Of a stretch of 64,000 nucleotides of DNA, positions 9,192 to 21,078 are shown one piece after another. The notes beneath the pieces were generated by a model that saw only the letters and a list, made by a program, of their open reading frames with translations, was not told the origin of the DNA and searched no databases. How positions within the stretch are numbered: position 1 is the first letter of the stretch; every line of letters begins with the position of its first letter. A program made the translations under genes and the position numbers. The stretch comes from Dehalococcoidia bacterium. Lineage in GTDB: Bacteria > Chloroflexota > Dehalococcoidia > Bin125. The stretch spans positions 384,001 to 448,000 of the forward strand of contig CAXXNO010000004.1 of the NCBI GenBank assembly GCA_963663235.2, read 5' to 3'.

Positions 9192-10391
9192 CTACTCCAG
9201 GATCTCGGTGGCGGCGCCGGCGCCGACGGTACGGCCGCCCTCGCGGATGGCGAAGCGCAGGCCGGGTTCTAGGGCGATGGGGCTGATGAGGCGGATGGTG
9301 AGGGTGACGTTGTCGCCGGGCATGGCCATCTCCACGCCGGCGGGCAGCTCGATGGCGCCGGTGACGTCGGTGGTGCGGATGTAGAACTGGGGCCGGTAGC
9401 CGGGGAAGAAGGGGGTGTGGCGGCCGCCCTCTTCCTTGGAGAGGATGTAGACCTCGGCCAGGAAGGTGGTGTGGGGGGTGATGGAGCCGGGGGCGGCCAG
9501 CACCTGGCCGCGCTCGATGTCCTCGCGCTCGATGCCGCGCAGGAGGCAGCCCACGTTGTCGCCGGCCTCGCCGGCGTCCATGCTCTTTTTGAACATCTCC
9601 ACCCCGGTGACCACGGTGCTGCGGGTGTCTTGCAGGCCGACGATCTCCACCGTGTCGCTGGTGTGCACGGTACCGCGCTCGATGCGCCCGGTGACCACGG
9701 TGCCCCGCCCCTTGATGCCGAAGACGTCCTCGATGGGCATGAGGAAGGGCTGGTCCTTGGCCCGCGGGGGCGTGGGGATGTAGGTGTCCACCGCCTCCAG
9801 CAGGGCCTGGATGGGGGCGTAGGCCGGGCCCTGGGGGTCGTCTGCGGTCGCCTCCAGGGCTTGGAGGGCGGAGCCGCGGATGATGGGCACCTCGTCGCCG
9901 GGGAATTCGTAGCGGCTCAAGAGCTCGCGCATCTCCAGCTCCACCAGGTCCAGGAGCTCGGGGTCCTCCATCTGGTCCACCTTGTTGAGGAAGACCACGA
10001 TCTTGGGCACCCCCACCTGGCGGGCCAAGAGGATGTGCTCCCGGGTCTGGGGCATGGGGCCGTCCGGGGCCGCCACGACCAGGATGGCCCCGTCCATCTG
10101 CGCCGCGCCGGTGATCATGTTCTTGATGTAGTCGGCGTGCCCGGGGGCGTCGATGTGGGCGTAGTGGCGCGCCGCCGTCTCGTACTCCACGTGGGCGATG
10201 GCGATGGTGATGCCCCGCTCTTTCTCCTCCGGGGCGTTGTCGATGCTGGCGAAGGAGCGGAACTCCGCCCCGCCGCCAAAGCCCAGCACTTTCGTGATCG
10301 CCGCCGTCAAGGTGGTCTTGCCGTGGTCCACGTGGCCGATGGTGCCCACGTTGGCGTGCGGCTTGGTCCGCTCAAACTTGCCTCGCGCCAT
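9192..10391 (-). CDS. tuf: Elongation factor Tu
   Basis: [47 protein letters not shown]. Confidence 0.99.
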   Translation of the reverse strand: MARGKFERTKPHANVGTIGHVDHGKTTLTAAITKVLGFGGGAEFRSFASIDNAPEEKERGITIAIAHVEYETAARHYAHIDAPGHADYIKNMITGAAQMDGAILVVAAPDGPMPQTREHILLARQVGVPKIVVFLNKVDQMEDPELLDLVELEMRELLSRYEFPGDEVPIIRGSALQALEATADDPQGPAYAPIQALLEAVDTYIPTPPRAKDQPFLMPIEDVFGIKGRGTVVTGRIERGTVHTSDTVEIVGLQDTRSTVVTGVEMFKKSMDAGEAGDNVGCLLRGIEREDIERGQVLAAPGSITPHTTFLAEVYILSKEEGGRHTPFFPGYRPQFYIRTTDVTGAIELPAGVEMAMPGDNVTLTIRLISPIALEPGLRFAIREGGRTVGAGAATEILE

Positions 10392-10422
10392 GATCAACGT
10401 CTCCTGCGTGAGAGGGTGGCGG

Positions 10423-10498
10423 TGGAGCCCACATCCAGATTCGAACTGGAGACCTCGTTCTTACCAAGAACGCGCTCTACCAACTGAGCTATGTGGGC
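10423..10498 (-). tRNA. tRNA-Thr(GGT)
   Basis: GCCCACATAGCTCAGTTGGTAGAGC-GCGTTC TT GGT AA GAACG-...GTTCGAATC...GTGGGCTCCA; 76 nt with encoded CCA. Confidence 0.97.
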
Positions 10499-10531
10499 GC
10501 GACCGTTTGCTCTTTCTTCTTGCCGCATGAT

Positions 10532-10619
10532 TGGTGCTGGGGGCAGGATTCGAACCTGCGTAGCCCGTCCGGGCGCCAGTTTTACAGACTGGTGGTATTA
10601 GCCACTCACCCACCCCAGC
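10532..10619 (-). tRNA. tRNA-Tyr(GTA)
   Basis: GCTGGGG acceptor stem, CCAGT CT GTA AA ACTGG anticodon arm, long variable arm, GGTTCGAATCC, ends ACCA; 88 nt. Confidence 0.97.
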
Positions 10620-10654
10620 GGGGGCTCCGGACCGCCGGCGGCGCTCGGCAGGGC

Positions 10655-10729
10655 TGGAGCCCGAGAAGGGAGTCGAACCCCTAACCTGCCGATTACAAAT
10701 CGGCTGCGCTGCCGTTGCGCCACTCGGGC
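10655..10729 (-). tRNA. tRNA-Thr(TGT)
   Basis: GCCCGAG acceptor stem, GCCGA TT TGT AA TCGGC anticodon arm, GGTTCGACTCC, ends TCCA. Confidence 0.96.
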
Positions 10730-10754
10730 CAGCCGACTCTCGACCGCGCCAACG

Positions 10755-10780
10755 AAAAAAGCGCACGCTAATGCGCGCGC
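10755..10780 (-). terminator. Intrinsic terminator-like hairpin
   Basis: Minus strand GCGCGCGC-ATTA-GCGTGCGC-TTTTTT: 8-bp stem with one G-U pair, followed by U6. Confidence 0.65.
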
Positions 10781-10791
10781 CTGTCAAGCGA

Positions 10792-10821
10792 AGTATACGG
10801 GCGGTTTCAGAAAGGGGTCAA
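10792..10821 (-). promoter_or_regulatory. Sigma70-type promoter for the tRNA-tuf operon
   Basis: Minus strand TTGACC-18 nt-TATACT, about 60 nt upstream of the first tRNA. Confidence 0.7.
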
Positions 10822-10838
10822 GCGAGGCCGGGCCGGGC

Positions 10839-12266
<1,428 letters not shown>

Positions 12267-12321
12267 TGCGTTTCGTGTTCCGCCTCGGTTGCTGCGGCCG
12301 CTGGTCGATCCCGGCGTCGCG

Positions 12322-12807
12322 TCAGGAGCGCGCCGTTCCGATCTGGGCCACGGCCTGTGCGGCGATGCCTTCGCCGCGTCCGAGTGCGCCCATCCCTTCG
12401 GCACTGCTCGCCTTGACGTTCACGGCTCCCGGATCGACCCCGAGCGACCGCGCCAGCCTGGCGCGCATGGCGGGGATGTGCGGGGCGAGACGGGGCCGTT
12501 CCGCCACGACGGTGGCGTCCACGTTGCCCACACGATACCCGTGTCTCGCGAGCAAGGCGACCGTGCGTCCCAGCAGATCCTGGCTGTCGGCGTTGGCCCA
12601 CTGCGGATCGTCGGCCGGGAAATGCGCGCCGATGTCGCCCAGCGCGGCGGCGCCGAGCAGCGCGTCGATGATGGCGTGGGTGAGGACGTCGGCGTCGGAG
12701 TGTCCGTCGAGGCCGTCCGCGTCGGGGATGAGGACGCCGCCGAGGATCAGGGGCCGGGCCGCGTCGAAGCGGTGACTGTCGGAGCCGAAGCCGATACGCG
12801 CGTCCAT
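12322..12807 (-). CDS. ispF: 2-C-methyl-D-erythritol 2,4-cyclodiphosphate synthase
   Basis: RIGFGSDSHRF, GHSDADVLTHAIIDALLGAAALGDIG, GRGEGIAA. Confidence 0.97.
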   Translation of the reverse strand: MDARIGFGSDSHRFDAARPLILGGVLIPDADGLDGHSDADVLTHAIIDALLGAAALGDIGAHFPADDPQWANADSQDLLGRTVALLARHGYRVGNVDATVVAERPRLAPHIPAMRARLARSLGVDPGAVNVKASSAEGMGALGRGEGIAAQAVAQIGTARS

Positions 12808-12817
12808 CTCCGCGTGG

Positions 12818-13519
12818 TCAGGGCCGGAGCGCCGGCGCCTCGGCGCGGGTGGCGAGCAGCGCCTCCGCGATCTCGAGGTCTTCCGGCGTGGTGATCTTCA
12901 GGTTGCCGGCGGCGCCGTCATACAGGATCACCGGGACGCCGAGGGCCTCGACCAGCATGGCGTCGTCGCTGACGTCGGGCGCGGCGGCGGCGTGGGCCCG
13001 GGCCAGGAGGTCCCGCGCGAACGCTTGCGGCGTCTGCACGGCCCAGAGCCGGTCGCGCGGCAGGGTGCGCGTCACGACCCGTCCGTCATCGCTCTCTTTG
13101 ACAGTGTCGCGCAGCGGCAGCGCCGGCACGGCGGCGCCGTGGCGATGGGCGAGCGTCAGACCGTTCTCGATGATGGCGCGGGTCGCGAAGGGGCGGGCCG
13201 TGTCGTGCACGGCCACGAGGTCGCAGGGGGGCAGGGCGCGCAGCCCGCAGGCGACCGAGTCCTGCCGGCGCGCGCCGCCGGGGACGACGTCCGCCACCTT
13301 GCCGGCGCCGTGCTCGGCCGCGAGCGCGACCAGGGAATCGTGGTTGGCGGGCCCGCTGACGATCACGATGGTATCGATGGCCGGACAGGCGGCGAAGGTC
13401 CGCAGCGAGTGCGCGGCCACTGGGAGCCCCCCAAGCAGCGTCAGCGTCTTCTCGACACCGCGCATGCGTTCGCTGCGCCCGGCGGCCAGCAGGATCGCGC
13501 CGCCGCGCGGCGGGCTCAT
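12818..13519 (-). CDS. ispD: 2-C-methyl-D-erythritol 4-phosphate cytidylyltransferase
   Basis: LAAGRSERM, GGARRQDSV, VHDTARP, VQTPQAF, NLKITTPED. Confidence 0.97.
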   Translation of the reverse strand: MSPPRGGAILLAAGRSERMRGVEKTLTLLGGLPVAAHSLRTFAACPAIDTIVIVSGPANHDSLVALAAEHGAGKVADVVPGGARRQDSVACGLRALPPCDLVAVHDTARPFATRAIIENGLTLAHRHGAAVPALPLRDTVKESDDGRVVTRTLPRDRLWAVQTPQAFARDLLARAHAAAAPDVSDDAMLVEALGVPVILYDGAAGNLKITTPEDLEIAEALLATRAEAPALRP

Positions 13520-14493
13520 CCTCGGACCTCGGGCCCCGCCACCGCCGGTTCCAATGCCGTGAAGACCATGCGCCCGGCGGAGGTCTGGATCACGCGCGTG
13601 ACCTCCACCGCGACCTCCTGGCCCAACAGGCGCCGGCCGCCCTCGACGACGACCATGGTGCCGTCATCCAAGAACCCGACACCTTGGTCGTGTTCGCGTC
13701 CCTCCTGCTGTATCTGGAGTTGCAGCGTCTCCCCGGGGAGGAACTGCGCGCGGACCGCCTGGGCCAGGCCGTTGAAGTTGAGCACCCGCAGGTTCTCGAC
13801 CCCGGCCACGCTGCTGAGGTTGTAGTCCGTGGTCAGCACCACCGCCCCGCGGGCGCGGGCCAAGGCGAGCACTTTGGCGTCGACCTCGGCGTGTTCGGGG
13901 AAGTCCTGGTCGTCGATGGTGACGCGCACGTGTCCTTCCGACTGCAGGCGGGTCAGCGCGCTCAGGCCGCGCCGGCCGCGCTGGCGCCGGAGGGGCTCTG
14001 GGCTGTCCGCGATGTGCCGCAGCTCATCCAGCACGAAGCGCGGGATCACCAACTCGCCCAGGATGAACCCGGTGGCGGCGATGTCCCGGAGGCGGCCGTC
14101 GATGATGGCGCTGGTGTCGACGACGATGCATGGTGGGTCGCGATCGCGTCGTGCGGCGTTGCCGGTGGCGGCGTCGATCGCGCCGGCCAGGGTGCGATTG
14201 CGCAGCGCACTGAGCCAGCGCTCGACTTCCGCGCGGCGGCTCAAGGCGACGGCGATTCCGACGGGGGCCAAGACGACGGCGATGCCGATGGGGGCGAAGT
14301 CGCCCGCACGACCCGGGACGGCGACCAGCGCCGGCGTCAGGATGGCGGCCGGCACGAGCGCGGCCACGAGCCCCAGGCCGCCCAGCACGATCTCGAGAGT
14401 GGTGAGTCGCTCCTGCAACATCAGGTGGATGGTCCGCCAGGGCCAGAACGCCGCCATGATCACCGTTGTCGCGGCATTGCTGAGAGCGTGCAT
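13516..14493 (-). CDS. PIN/TRAM-domain membrane protein (YacL-like)
   Basis: VDTSAIIDGR, RGRRGL, EVDAK, TTDYNL, GVGFLDDGTMVVVE, QTSAGRMVF; upstream of ispD. Start uncertain. Confidence 0.9.
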   Translation of the reverse strand: MHALSNAATTVIMAAFWPWRTIHLMLQERLTTLEIVLGGLGLVAALVPAAILTPALVAVPGRAGDFAPIGIAVVLAPVGIAVALSRRAEVERWLSALRNRTLAGAIDAATGNAARRDRDPPCIVVDTSAIIDGRLRDIAATGFILGELVIPRFVLDELRHIADSPEPLRRQRGRRGLSALTRLQSEGHVRVTIDDQDFPEHAEVDAKVLALARARGAVVLTTDYNLSSVAGVENLRVLNFNGLAQAVRAQFLPGETLQLQIQQEGREHDQGVGFLDDGTMVVVEGGRRLLGQEVAVEVTRVIQTSAGRMVFTALEPAVAGPEVRG

Positions 14494-14640
14494 TGGCAAC
14501 CCTGTGCGCGGCCACGGGACCGGCGCTCGCCAGCCGCCGCGGTGGGGCCCCCGGGGAGGGACCACCTGAATTCATGCTACCGATCGCCGCGAAGGCTGGA
14601 AAGCGGAGGCCGCGGGAGCCGTCGCGCGCGGCCGCGGGGG

Positions 14641-15270
14641 CTAGTCGAAGGAGCCGATCAAGGCTTCCAAGCCCACGTCGCCGCCGAACGCGAGGAGCGT
14701 GTTCTTGATGGTCTTGCCCACGAAGACCGTCAGCAGGAAATGCCAGATCGGCATGCGCACGGCGCCCGCGACGAAGCCGCCGATATCGAAGATGGGGTTG
14801 GGGATGACCGAGAGCACGAACATGGTGGCGATGCCGTGTTGTCGCATCCAGCCTTCGAGGTGGCGATAGCCCGATCGATTTTCGATCACCGGCCGTCCCC
14901 CCAGGCCGGCAACGTAGCCGGTGAGCTCCCCCAGCGTTTCCCCCAACGCGGCGACGACGCCGACCACGAGGAAGAAGGGGATGCCGATCACGTCGTCGAC
15001 TACCTGACCGCTGCCCACGACGACCGCGGCGCCGGGCAGCGGCAGCGCCACGGAGGCGGAGCCGACCAGGGCGATCAGGAAGATGCCGAGATAGCCGAAC
15101 TGGCGCAGCTCCTGCAGGTCAAAGTCCAGGAAGAAGAAGAGGAACGCGAGGACGGAGATGAACAGGGCGACGAGGACGAGGACGGTGTACTCGCGCCGCC
15201 AGCGCCGCGGTCGCGCGGGTGCGCCTTCGGCCTCCATGGTTTCGTCGGGAGCCGCGCGCGATTCAACCAT
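14641..15270 (-). CDS. VTT/DedA-family membrane protein
   Basis: GYLGIFLI, LGETLGELTGYVAG, IPNPIFDIGGFVAG, GKTIK; several TM segments. Confidence 0.8.
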   Translation of the reverse strand: MVESRAAPDETMEAEGAPARPRRWRREYTVLVLVALFISVLAFLFFFLDFDLQELRQFGYLGIFLIALVGSASVALPLPGAAVVVGSGQVVDDVIGIPFFLVVGVVAALGETLGELTGYVAGLGGRPVIENRSGYRHLEGWMRQHGIATMFVLSVIPNPIFDIGGFVAGAVRMPIWHFLLTVFVGKTIKNTLLAFGGDVGLEALIGSFD

Positions 15271-15431
15271 CAGGGGTGCGTGGCACGATACGCGGGCCCT
15301 TCAACCTGGGCAAGCGAAGCGATGGGAGTATCGCGGTGCGGCTAGCCAAGTGGGCGCGGGTTCTTTAGGGTCTTTACAGTAGCGTACCGTTCACAGTGAT
15401 CGGCCGACCGCCGCTGGAGAGGGAGAGAACC

Positions 15432-17315
15432 GTGCCTCGGATCGACCTAGACCCGCTGCTGGCAGGCGTGTCCAAGCCTGCCCGCTATACCGGGGGCGAA
15501 TGGAACAGCATCCGGCAACCGTGGGACGAGGCCCGGGTGCGCTGGGCGCTGATCTACCCCGACATCTACGACATCGGGATGTCCAACATGGGGCTGGCCG
15601 CGCTCTACGACATCCTCAACCGGACGCCGGACACCCTGGCCGAGCGCTGCTTCGCGCCCTGGCCGGACATGGAGGCCTCGCTGCGGGCGCATCGAGCGCT
15701 GCTGTTCAGCCTGGAGAACCGGCGCCCCCTGGGCGAGTTCGACGTCCTGGGCTTCTCGCTCTCGTACGAGCTGACCTACACAAACGTGCTCAACATGCTG
15801 GACCTGGCTGGGATCCCGGTGCGGGCTGTGGAGCGGGGGGAAGACACCCCGTTGGTGCTCTGCGGCGGCTCCGGAGCGCTGGTGCCTGAGCCGCTCGCCC
15901 CCTTCGCGGACGCCTTCGTCCTGGGGGAGGGCGAGGAGGTCGTGCTGGAGGTGAACGCGTGCGTCGCTGAGTGGAAAGGATCGGGCGGGAGCCGCCTGGA
16001 GTTGCTGCGCGCCTTGGCGCGGATCCAGGGCATCTACGTGCCGCGCTTCTACGAGTGGCGCTACAACGACGACGGCACCGTGGCCGACATCGAGGTCACG
16101 GACGAGGCGGCGCGATTGCCCGTGATCAAACGGTTTCTCCAAGGCATGCCGCCGGTGCTGACCTCGCCGATCGTGCCGTTCCTGCAGACGGTGCATGACC
16201 GCGCGGGCATTGAGATCCAGCGCGGCTGCACGCAGGGCTGCCGCTTCTGCCAAGCGGGGATGATCTACCGGCCGCTGCGAGAGCGCACGCCGGCGGAGGT
16301 GGTGGAGGCGGCGCGCGCACTGCTTGCGAGCACCGGCTACCGGGAGCTGTCCTTGGTCTCGCTGAGCAGCACGGACCACAGTCAGATTGGCGAGGTGGTG
16401 CGTGGGCTGCGGCGCGAGTTCGGAGAGGACCTCACCATTTCGCTGCCCAGCACGCGGGTGGACTCATTCAGCGTGGATGTGGCGCTGGCCTGCTCGCCGG
16501 GCAAGAAGCACAGCATGACCTTTGCGCCCGAGGCGGGCAGCCAGCGGCTGCGCAACGCCATCAACAAGCTGGTGGCCGACGAGGACCTGCTGACGGCGGC
16601 GCGGAACAGCTTTGAGAACGGCTGGACCAACATCAAGCTGTACTTCATGGTCGGCCTGCCGATGGAGACCATGACCGACGTCCAGGGGATCGTGGACTGG
16701 GCGAGCCAGGTCAAGGCGATCGGCCGGGAGATCGTGGGCAAACGCGCGCGGGTGCGAGTTTCGACGTCGAACCACGTGCCCAAGGCGCACGCTCCCTTCC
16801 AGTGGACGCGTCAGGAGACGGCCGCCGAGCTGGCGCCCAAGCACCAGCTGTTGCGGGAGGGCTGCCGCAAGGCCGGCCTCGATTTCACCTGGAACGATCC
16901 GGCGGAGTCGGTGCTGGAGGGGGTGCTCAGCCGCGGGGACCGTCGCGTGGCGGCGGTGGTGGAAGAGGCCTGGCGGCGCGGCGCGCGCTTTGACGCCTGG
17001 AGCGAGCTGCACAACGCGTCGGCCTGGCAGGCCGCCTTCGCGGCAACGGGCGTGGACCCCGCCTTCTACTGCCATCGCACCCGCGATCCGTTTGAGCGCT
17101 TCCCCTGGATGCACATCGCCAGCGGCGTGAGCGAGGCGTTCCTGCGCAAGGAGTGGAAGCGCACGGAGCAGGAGTTGACCACGCACGACTGCCGCTACGG
17201 CTGCGAGGTGTGCGGCCTGGAACGCGCCGCCGACCTCTGTACGGAGCGGCTGGAAGACCTGATCACGGCCAAGCGGGCGCGCTACCGCGGTGAACCGGCG
17301 CCGGTGGTGTCGTAG
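15432..17315 (+). CDS. B12-binding-domain radical SAM protein (TIGR03960-like)
   Basis: KPARYTGGEWN, YPDIYDIGMSN, RGCTQGCRFCQAG (CxxxCxxC), FAPEAGSQRLR. Confidence 0.9.
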   Translation: MPRIDLDPLLAGVSKPARYTGGEWNSIRQPWDEARVRWALIYPDIYDIGMSNMGLAALYDILNRTPDTLAERCFAPWPDMEASLRAHRALLFSLENRRPLGEFDVLGFSLSYELTYTNVLNMLDLAGIPVRAVERGEDTPLVLCGGSGALVPEPLAPFADAFVLGEGEEVVLEVNACVAEWKGSGGSRLELLRALARIQGIYVPRFYEWRYNDDGTVADIEVTDEAARLPVIKRFLQGMPPVLTSPIVPFLQTVHDRAGIEIQRGCTQGCRFCQAGMIYRPLRERTPAEVVEAARALLASTGYRELSLVSLSSTDHSQIGEVVRGLRREFGEDLTISLPSTRVDSFSVDVALACSPGKKHSMTFAPEAGSQRLRNAINKLVADEDLLTAARNSFENGWTNIKLYFMVGLPMETMTDVQGIVDWASQVKAIGREIVGKRARVRVSTSNHVPKAHAPFQWTRQETAAELAPKHQLLREGCRKAGLDFTWNDPAESVLEGVLSRGDRRVAAVVEEAWRRGARFDAWSELHNASAWQAAFAATGVDPAFYCHRTRDPFERFPWMHIASGVSEAFLRKEWKRTEQELTTHDCRYGCEVCGLERAADLCTERLEDLITAKRARYRGEPAPVVS

Positions 17316-17323
17316 GGAGGCGC

Positions 17324-17827
17324 ATGAGCCGCGCGGTCCTGGAGTTCCTGATCTGGCAACTGGGCGAGGCGTTCGAGCACAAGCTGGAGCACTCGCTGCT
17401 GGCGAATCTCTCGTCGATCACCAATGACGATCTGGACGTGCTGCCGCCATCGGGCGGCCGCACCGTGCGCGATTTCATCGCGCACTGCGCGTCGGTGAAG
17501 CGCATGCACGCCGATCACGCGTTCGGCGAGGGGCGTCTCACCTGGTGGACGACCTGGGACGGCGAGGAGAAGGCGGAAGAGGCGGGCCTGGCCGCGCTGA
17601 CGGCGTGGCTGCGACGGGCGCATGCCGAAGTGCTCCGCGGGGTGACCGCCCTGGCCGACGATAGCGAGCTGTTGGTGGAGCGGCCCACGCACTGGGGTGA
17701 ACGGCGCGCGACGCGTCTCCTGGTCGACGCCATCATCATGCACGACATCTACCACGCGGGAGAGATCAACCACCTCCGCGGCCTGCTGCAGAACGCGGAC
17801 CAATTCCCGCAGGGCGGGACCAACTAA
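17324..17827 (+). CDS. DinB-family protein
   Basis: RTVRDFIAH ... MHDIYHAGEINHLR His triad pattern; GGGAGG RBS. Confidence 0.8.
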   Translation: MSRAVLEFLIWQLGEAFEHKLEHSLLANLSSITNDDLDVLPPSGGRTVRDFIAHCASVKRMHADHAFGEGRLTWWTTWDGEEKAEEAGLAALTAWLRRAHAEVLRGVTALADDSELLVERPTHWGERRATRLLVDAIIMHDIYHAGEINHLRGLLQNADQFPQGGTN

Positions 17828-17833
17828 GCGGCC

Positions 17834-19102
17834 TCAGGGAAAGATCCCCCGCGTCTCCATGGCCTCGATCACCCGGCGGACCCCCACCAGATAGGCCGCC
17901 TCCCGCAGCGTGGCACGCTCCCGATCGGCCGTGTCCCACATCTCGGCGAAGGCGCGGCGCATGATCTGCTCGAGACGCCGGATCACCTCGTCTTCTTCCC
18001 AGAAGAACGATTGCAGGTCCTGCACCCATTCCATATAGGAGACGGTCACGCCGCCCGCGTTGGCCAGGATGTCCGGCATCAGAGTGACGCCGTTGCCCAT
18101 CAGGATCTGCTCCCCGTCCGGCGAGACGGGCGCGTTGGCCGCCTCCACCACGATCGTGGCGCGGATACGGTCGGCGTTCCGGCGCGTGATGACGCCGCCC
18201 ACGGCGGCGGGGATGAGGTAGTCGCACTCCAGCTCAAGCAGTTCGGCGTTGGTGACGCGCTCGGCGCCGGACGGGGGCTCCAGGATGCGCCCGCCCGGCG
18301 ATCGGTGCTGCAGCAGGGCGGGGATATCGAGGCCGCGCGGGTTGTAGTAGCCGCACTCGGCGTCGGAGACGGCGAGCACGGTGGCCCCAGCGGCGTGGAG
18401 CAGTTCGGCCATCACCGATCCCACCTGTCCGAATCCCTGGATCGCCACGCCCAGGCCGGCGATGTTCTCCCGCCGGCGCCGGCCCAACTCCTCCATGGTG
18501 ATCAGCACGCCGCGGCCGGTGGCTTTGTAGCGCCCCAGGCTGCCGCCGACGGAGACCGGCTTGCCCGTCACCACGGCCGGTACCGTGCGTCCGTGGCTCA
18601 TGGAGTAGGTATCCATGATCCAGGCCATCACTCGGGCATCGGTGCCCATGTCCGGCGCGGGGATGTCCCGGTCCGGCCCGATGAACGAGCCCAACTCGGA
18701 CGTGAAGCGCCGGGTGAGGTTCTCCAGTTCGCAATCACTGAGCGCGTCGGGGTCCACGCTGACGCCGCCCTTGGCGCCGCCGAAGGGCAGGTTCACCAGC
18801 GCGCATTTCCAGGTCATCAGCATGGCCAGCGCGCGCACCTCGTCCAGCCCCACGTCCGGGGCGAAGCGCAGGCCGCCCTTGAACGGACCCCGGGCGTCGT
18901 TGTGCTGGACGCGGTAGCCCTCGAAGACGCGCACCGAGCCGTCGTCCATCTCCACCGGGAAGCGGACGGTGAGTTCGCGCTTGGGCGTCTCGATCATCGC
19001 CAACGTGCCCGCGCTGAGGCTCAGGCGATCCGCCACCGCCTGGAGTTGCTGGACGGCGTCCTGGAACGGGTTCGGGGTCGCAGCGGGGGTAGCGGTGGAC
19101 AT
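17834..19102 (-). CDS. gdhA: Glutamate dehydrogenase (Glu/Leu/Phe/Val family)
   Basis: GPFKGGLRF, MTWKCA, GGAKGG, PAPDMGT, IQGFGQVG, PDILANAGGV. Confidence 0.93.
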   Translation of the reverse strand: MSTATPAATPNPFQDAVQQLQAVADRLSLSAGTLAMIETPKRELTVRFPVEMDDGSVRVFEGYRVQHNDARGPFKGGLRFAPDVGLDEVRALAMLMTWKCALVNLPFGGAKGGVSVDPDALSDCELENLTRRFTSELGSFIGPDRDIPAPDMGTDARVMAWIMDTYSMSHGRTVPAVVTGKPVSVGGSLGRYKATGRGVLITMEELGRRRRENIAGLGVAIQGFGQVGSVMAELLHAAGATVLAVSDAECGYYNPRGLDIPALLQHRSPGGRILEPPSGAERVTNAELLELECDYLIPAAVGGVITRRNADRIRATIVVEAANAPVSPDGEQILMGNGVTLMPDILANAGGVTVSYMEWVQDLQSFFWEEDEVIRRLEQIMRRAFAEMWDTADRERATLREAAYLVGVRRVIEAMETRGIFP

Positions 19103-19134
19103 TGGGGCTGCCTTTGTTGCGCCCGTCAGCCGGA

Positions 19135-20409
19135 CTAGAGATGGAGGGCCGGAACGAACGAGTCGATGGTCTCGAAGGGTCCGACCAGGGCGAGGTGCAA
19201 GCGCTCGTCGCGGATCAGGGCGTCGGCGACGCGTACCAGGTCGTCGTCGGTCACGGCGTCGATCGCCGCGATGATCTCCTCGACCGACTGCATGCGCCGC
19301 TGGAGCAGCGCCTGCCCGCCGTACCAGGCGGAGACGGCGCGGGTGTCCTCAAGATTCAGGAGCATGCGGCCCTTGGTGTACTCGCGGATCTTGGCGAGCT
19401 CGGCCGGGGGCACTCCCTGGCGCATGCGCCCTAGCTCGTGCAGCGCGATCTCCATCGCGGGCAGGGCGTTGTCGGGATCGACGCCGAGGTAGATGGAGAG
19501 GGCGCCCGTATCGCAGAGCTGCGTGGCGTAGGCCTGCACGTCGTAGACCAGCGCGCGCTCCTCTCGAAGCTCGACGAAGAGGCGGCTGCTCATGCCTTCG
19601 CCGAGCACGCCCGTCAGGAGGCCCAGGGCGTAACGGTCCGGGTCTTCGAGCGAGAGCCCGGGCAGCCCGACCATGAGGTGCGCCTGCTCGGTGGGCTTGC
19701 TGCGCAGGCCGATGCGCCGGCCGGCGGGCTGGGCGTCGGGCCAGGAGGCGGCTTGCTCCCTGGGCCCGGGGTTTCCGAAGTCCCACCGCTCTGTGGCCGC
19801 TTGGACAATGTCGACGACCGCCTGCGGATCGACGGCCCCGGCGACCGCCAGCACCGCATTGTCCGGGGTGTAGTGGTCACGACGGTAGGAGACGGCCCGG
19901 TCGCGGGGGATGGAGCGCACGCTGTCCGGGGTGCCGGCCACGTCGCGCCCCAACGCCTGGCCCGGCCACAGGAGCCCGTCCAGCGCCAGCTCGACGAGCT
20001 GGCTGGGATGGTCCTCCACCATGGCCAGCTCCTCCAGGATCACCCGCCGCTCCTTCTCCAGCTCGTCGCCGTCGAAGAGGGGGCGGAGGACGAGATCCAG
20101 CACCACGTCCAGAGCGAGGTCCAGGTGGGCGGCGGGCACTTTGGCGTAGTAGACCGTGAACTCGCGGTCCGTCCCGGCGTTGAGCACGCCGCCCACTCCC
20201 TCGATCGCCTCGGAGATCTGCTGGGCGGTGCGGCGGCGCTCGGAGCCTTTGAAGCAGACGTGCTCCACGAGGTGCGAGATGCCGGCCTCGGCCGGCTGCT
20301 CGTATCGGGCCCCGGCCCCGACGTAGAAGCTCACGGTGGCGGAGCGGCTGTGCGGCATCACAGCCGTGAGGACGCGCAGGCCGTTGGCGAGGGTGCAGGG
20401 CTCAAGCAT
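19135..20409 (-). CDS. M16 family zinc peptidase
   Basis: GISHLVEH (HxxEH), GMSSRLFVELRE. Confidence 0.93.
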   Translation of the reverse strand: MLEPCTLANGLRVLTAVMPHSRSATVSFYVGAGARYEQPAEAGISHLVEHVCFKGSERRRTAQQISEAIEGVGGVLNAGTDREFTVYYAKVPAAHLDLALDVVLDLVLRPLFDGDELEKERRVILEELAMVEDHPSQLVELALDGLLWPGQALGRDVAGTPDSVRSIPRDRAVSYRRDHYTPDNAVLAVAGAVDPQAVVDIVQAATERWDFGNPGPREQAASWPDAQPAGRRIGLRSKPTEQAHLMVGLPGLSLEDPDRYALGLLTGVLGEGMSSRLFVELREERALVYDVQAYATQLCDTGALSIYLGVDPDNALPAMEIALHELGRMRQGVPPAELAKIREYTKGRMLLNLEDTRAVSAWYGGQALLQRRMQSVEEIIAAIDAVTDDDLVRVADALIRDERLHLALVGPFETIDSFVPALHL

Positions 20410-20433
20410 GCGACAGTCCGTCCCCTTGACCGC

Positions 20434-21078
20434 TCAGTCTCGCGCCCAGAGGACGTCGCCGTGGAGGCTGGGTTCATGAGTGCGCGCGGCGAAATCCGCG
20501 TACTCCGCTTTGCTCTGAGCGATGGTGCAGTCGTCGCCGTGGCCGTTCACGAGCAGGGTCTCATCGGGGAGGACGTGGAGGCGTTCGCGGATGGATTCGA
20601 TGAGGGTCTGGAGGGCGGCGGCGTTATCGCTCCGGCCCGGGCCGCCGGGGAAGAGGGTGTCCCCGACGACGCAGAGCGGCGCCGCGTAGTAGCAGAGGCC
20701 GCCGGGCGTGTGGCCGGGGGTGTGGATGACGCCGATGCGGGTTCGGCCCAGCGCGATCGTCTCGCCGCCGCGCAGGTGCACGTCGATGCGGGCGTGGTCG
20801 GCGTTGGGTTCGTCGGGGTGCATGTGGAAGGGGGCCGAGACCGCGGCCTTGAGCTCGTCGAAGCTCCAGACGTGGTCCAGGTGCGAGTGCGTGAACAGCA
20901 CCAAGCGGACCTCCGTACCCGCGGCGGCCTCGATCACGCGATCAATCTCGGGCACGGCGTCGATGATGGCGCTCTCGTTGCTGGCTTTGTCGACGAGGAC
21001 GAAGCCGTTGTTGGCGTAGGGGCCGAGCGATCCCAGTTTGAAGACCTTCAGGGCGTCGGATTCGAAGTGGGCGTCCAC
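20434..21078 (-). CDS. MBL-fold metallo-hydrolase
   Basis: THSHLDH, HTPGHTPG, GDTLFPGG, GHG. Confidence 0.9.
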   Translation of the reverse strand: MDAHFESDALKVFKLGSLGPYANNGFVLVDKASNESAIIDAVPEIDRVIEAAAGTEVRLVLFTHSHLDHVWSFDELKAAVSAPFHMHPDEPNADHARIDVHLRGGETIALGRTRIGVIHTPGHTPGGLCYYAAPLCVVGDTLFPGGPGRSDNAAALQTLIESIRERLHVLPDETLLVNGHGDDCTIAQSKAEYADFAARTHEPSLHGDVLWARD

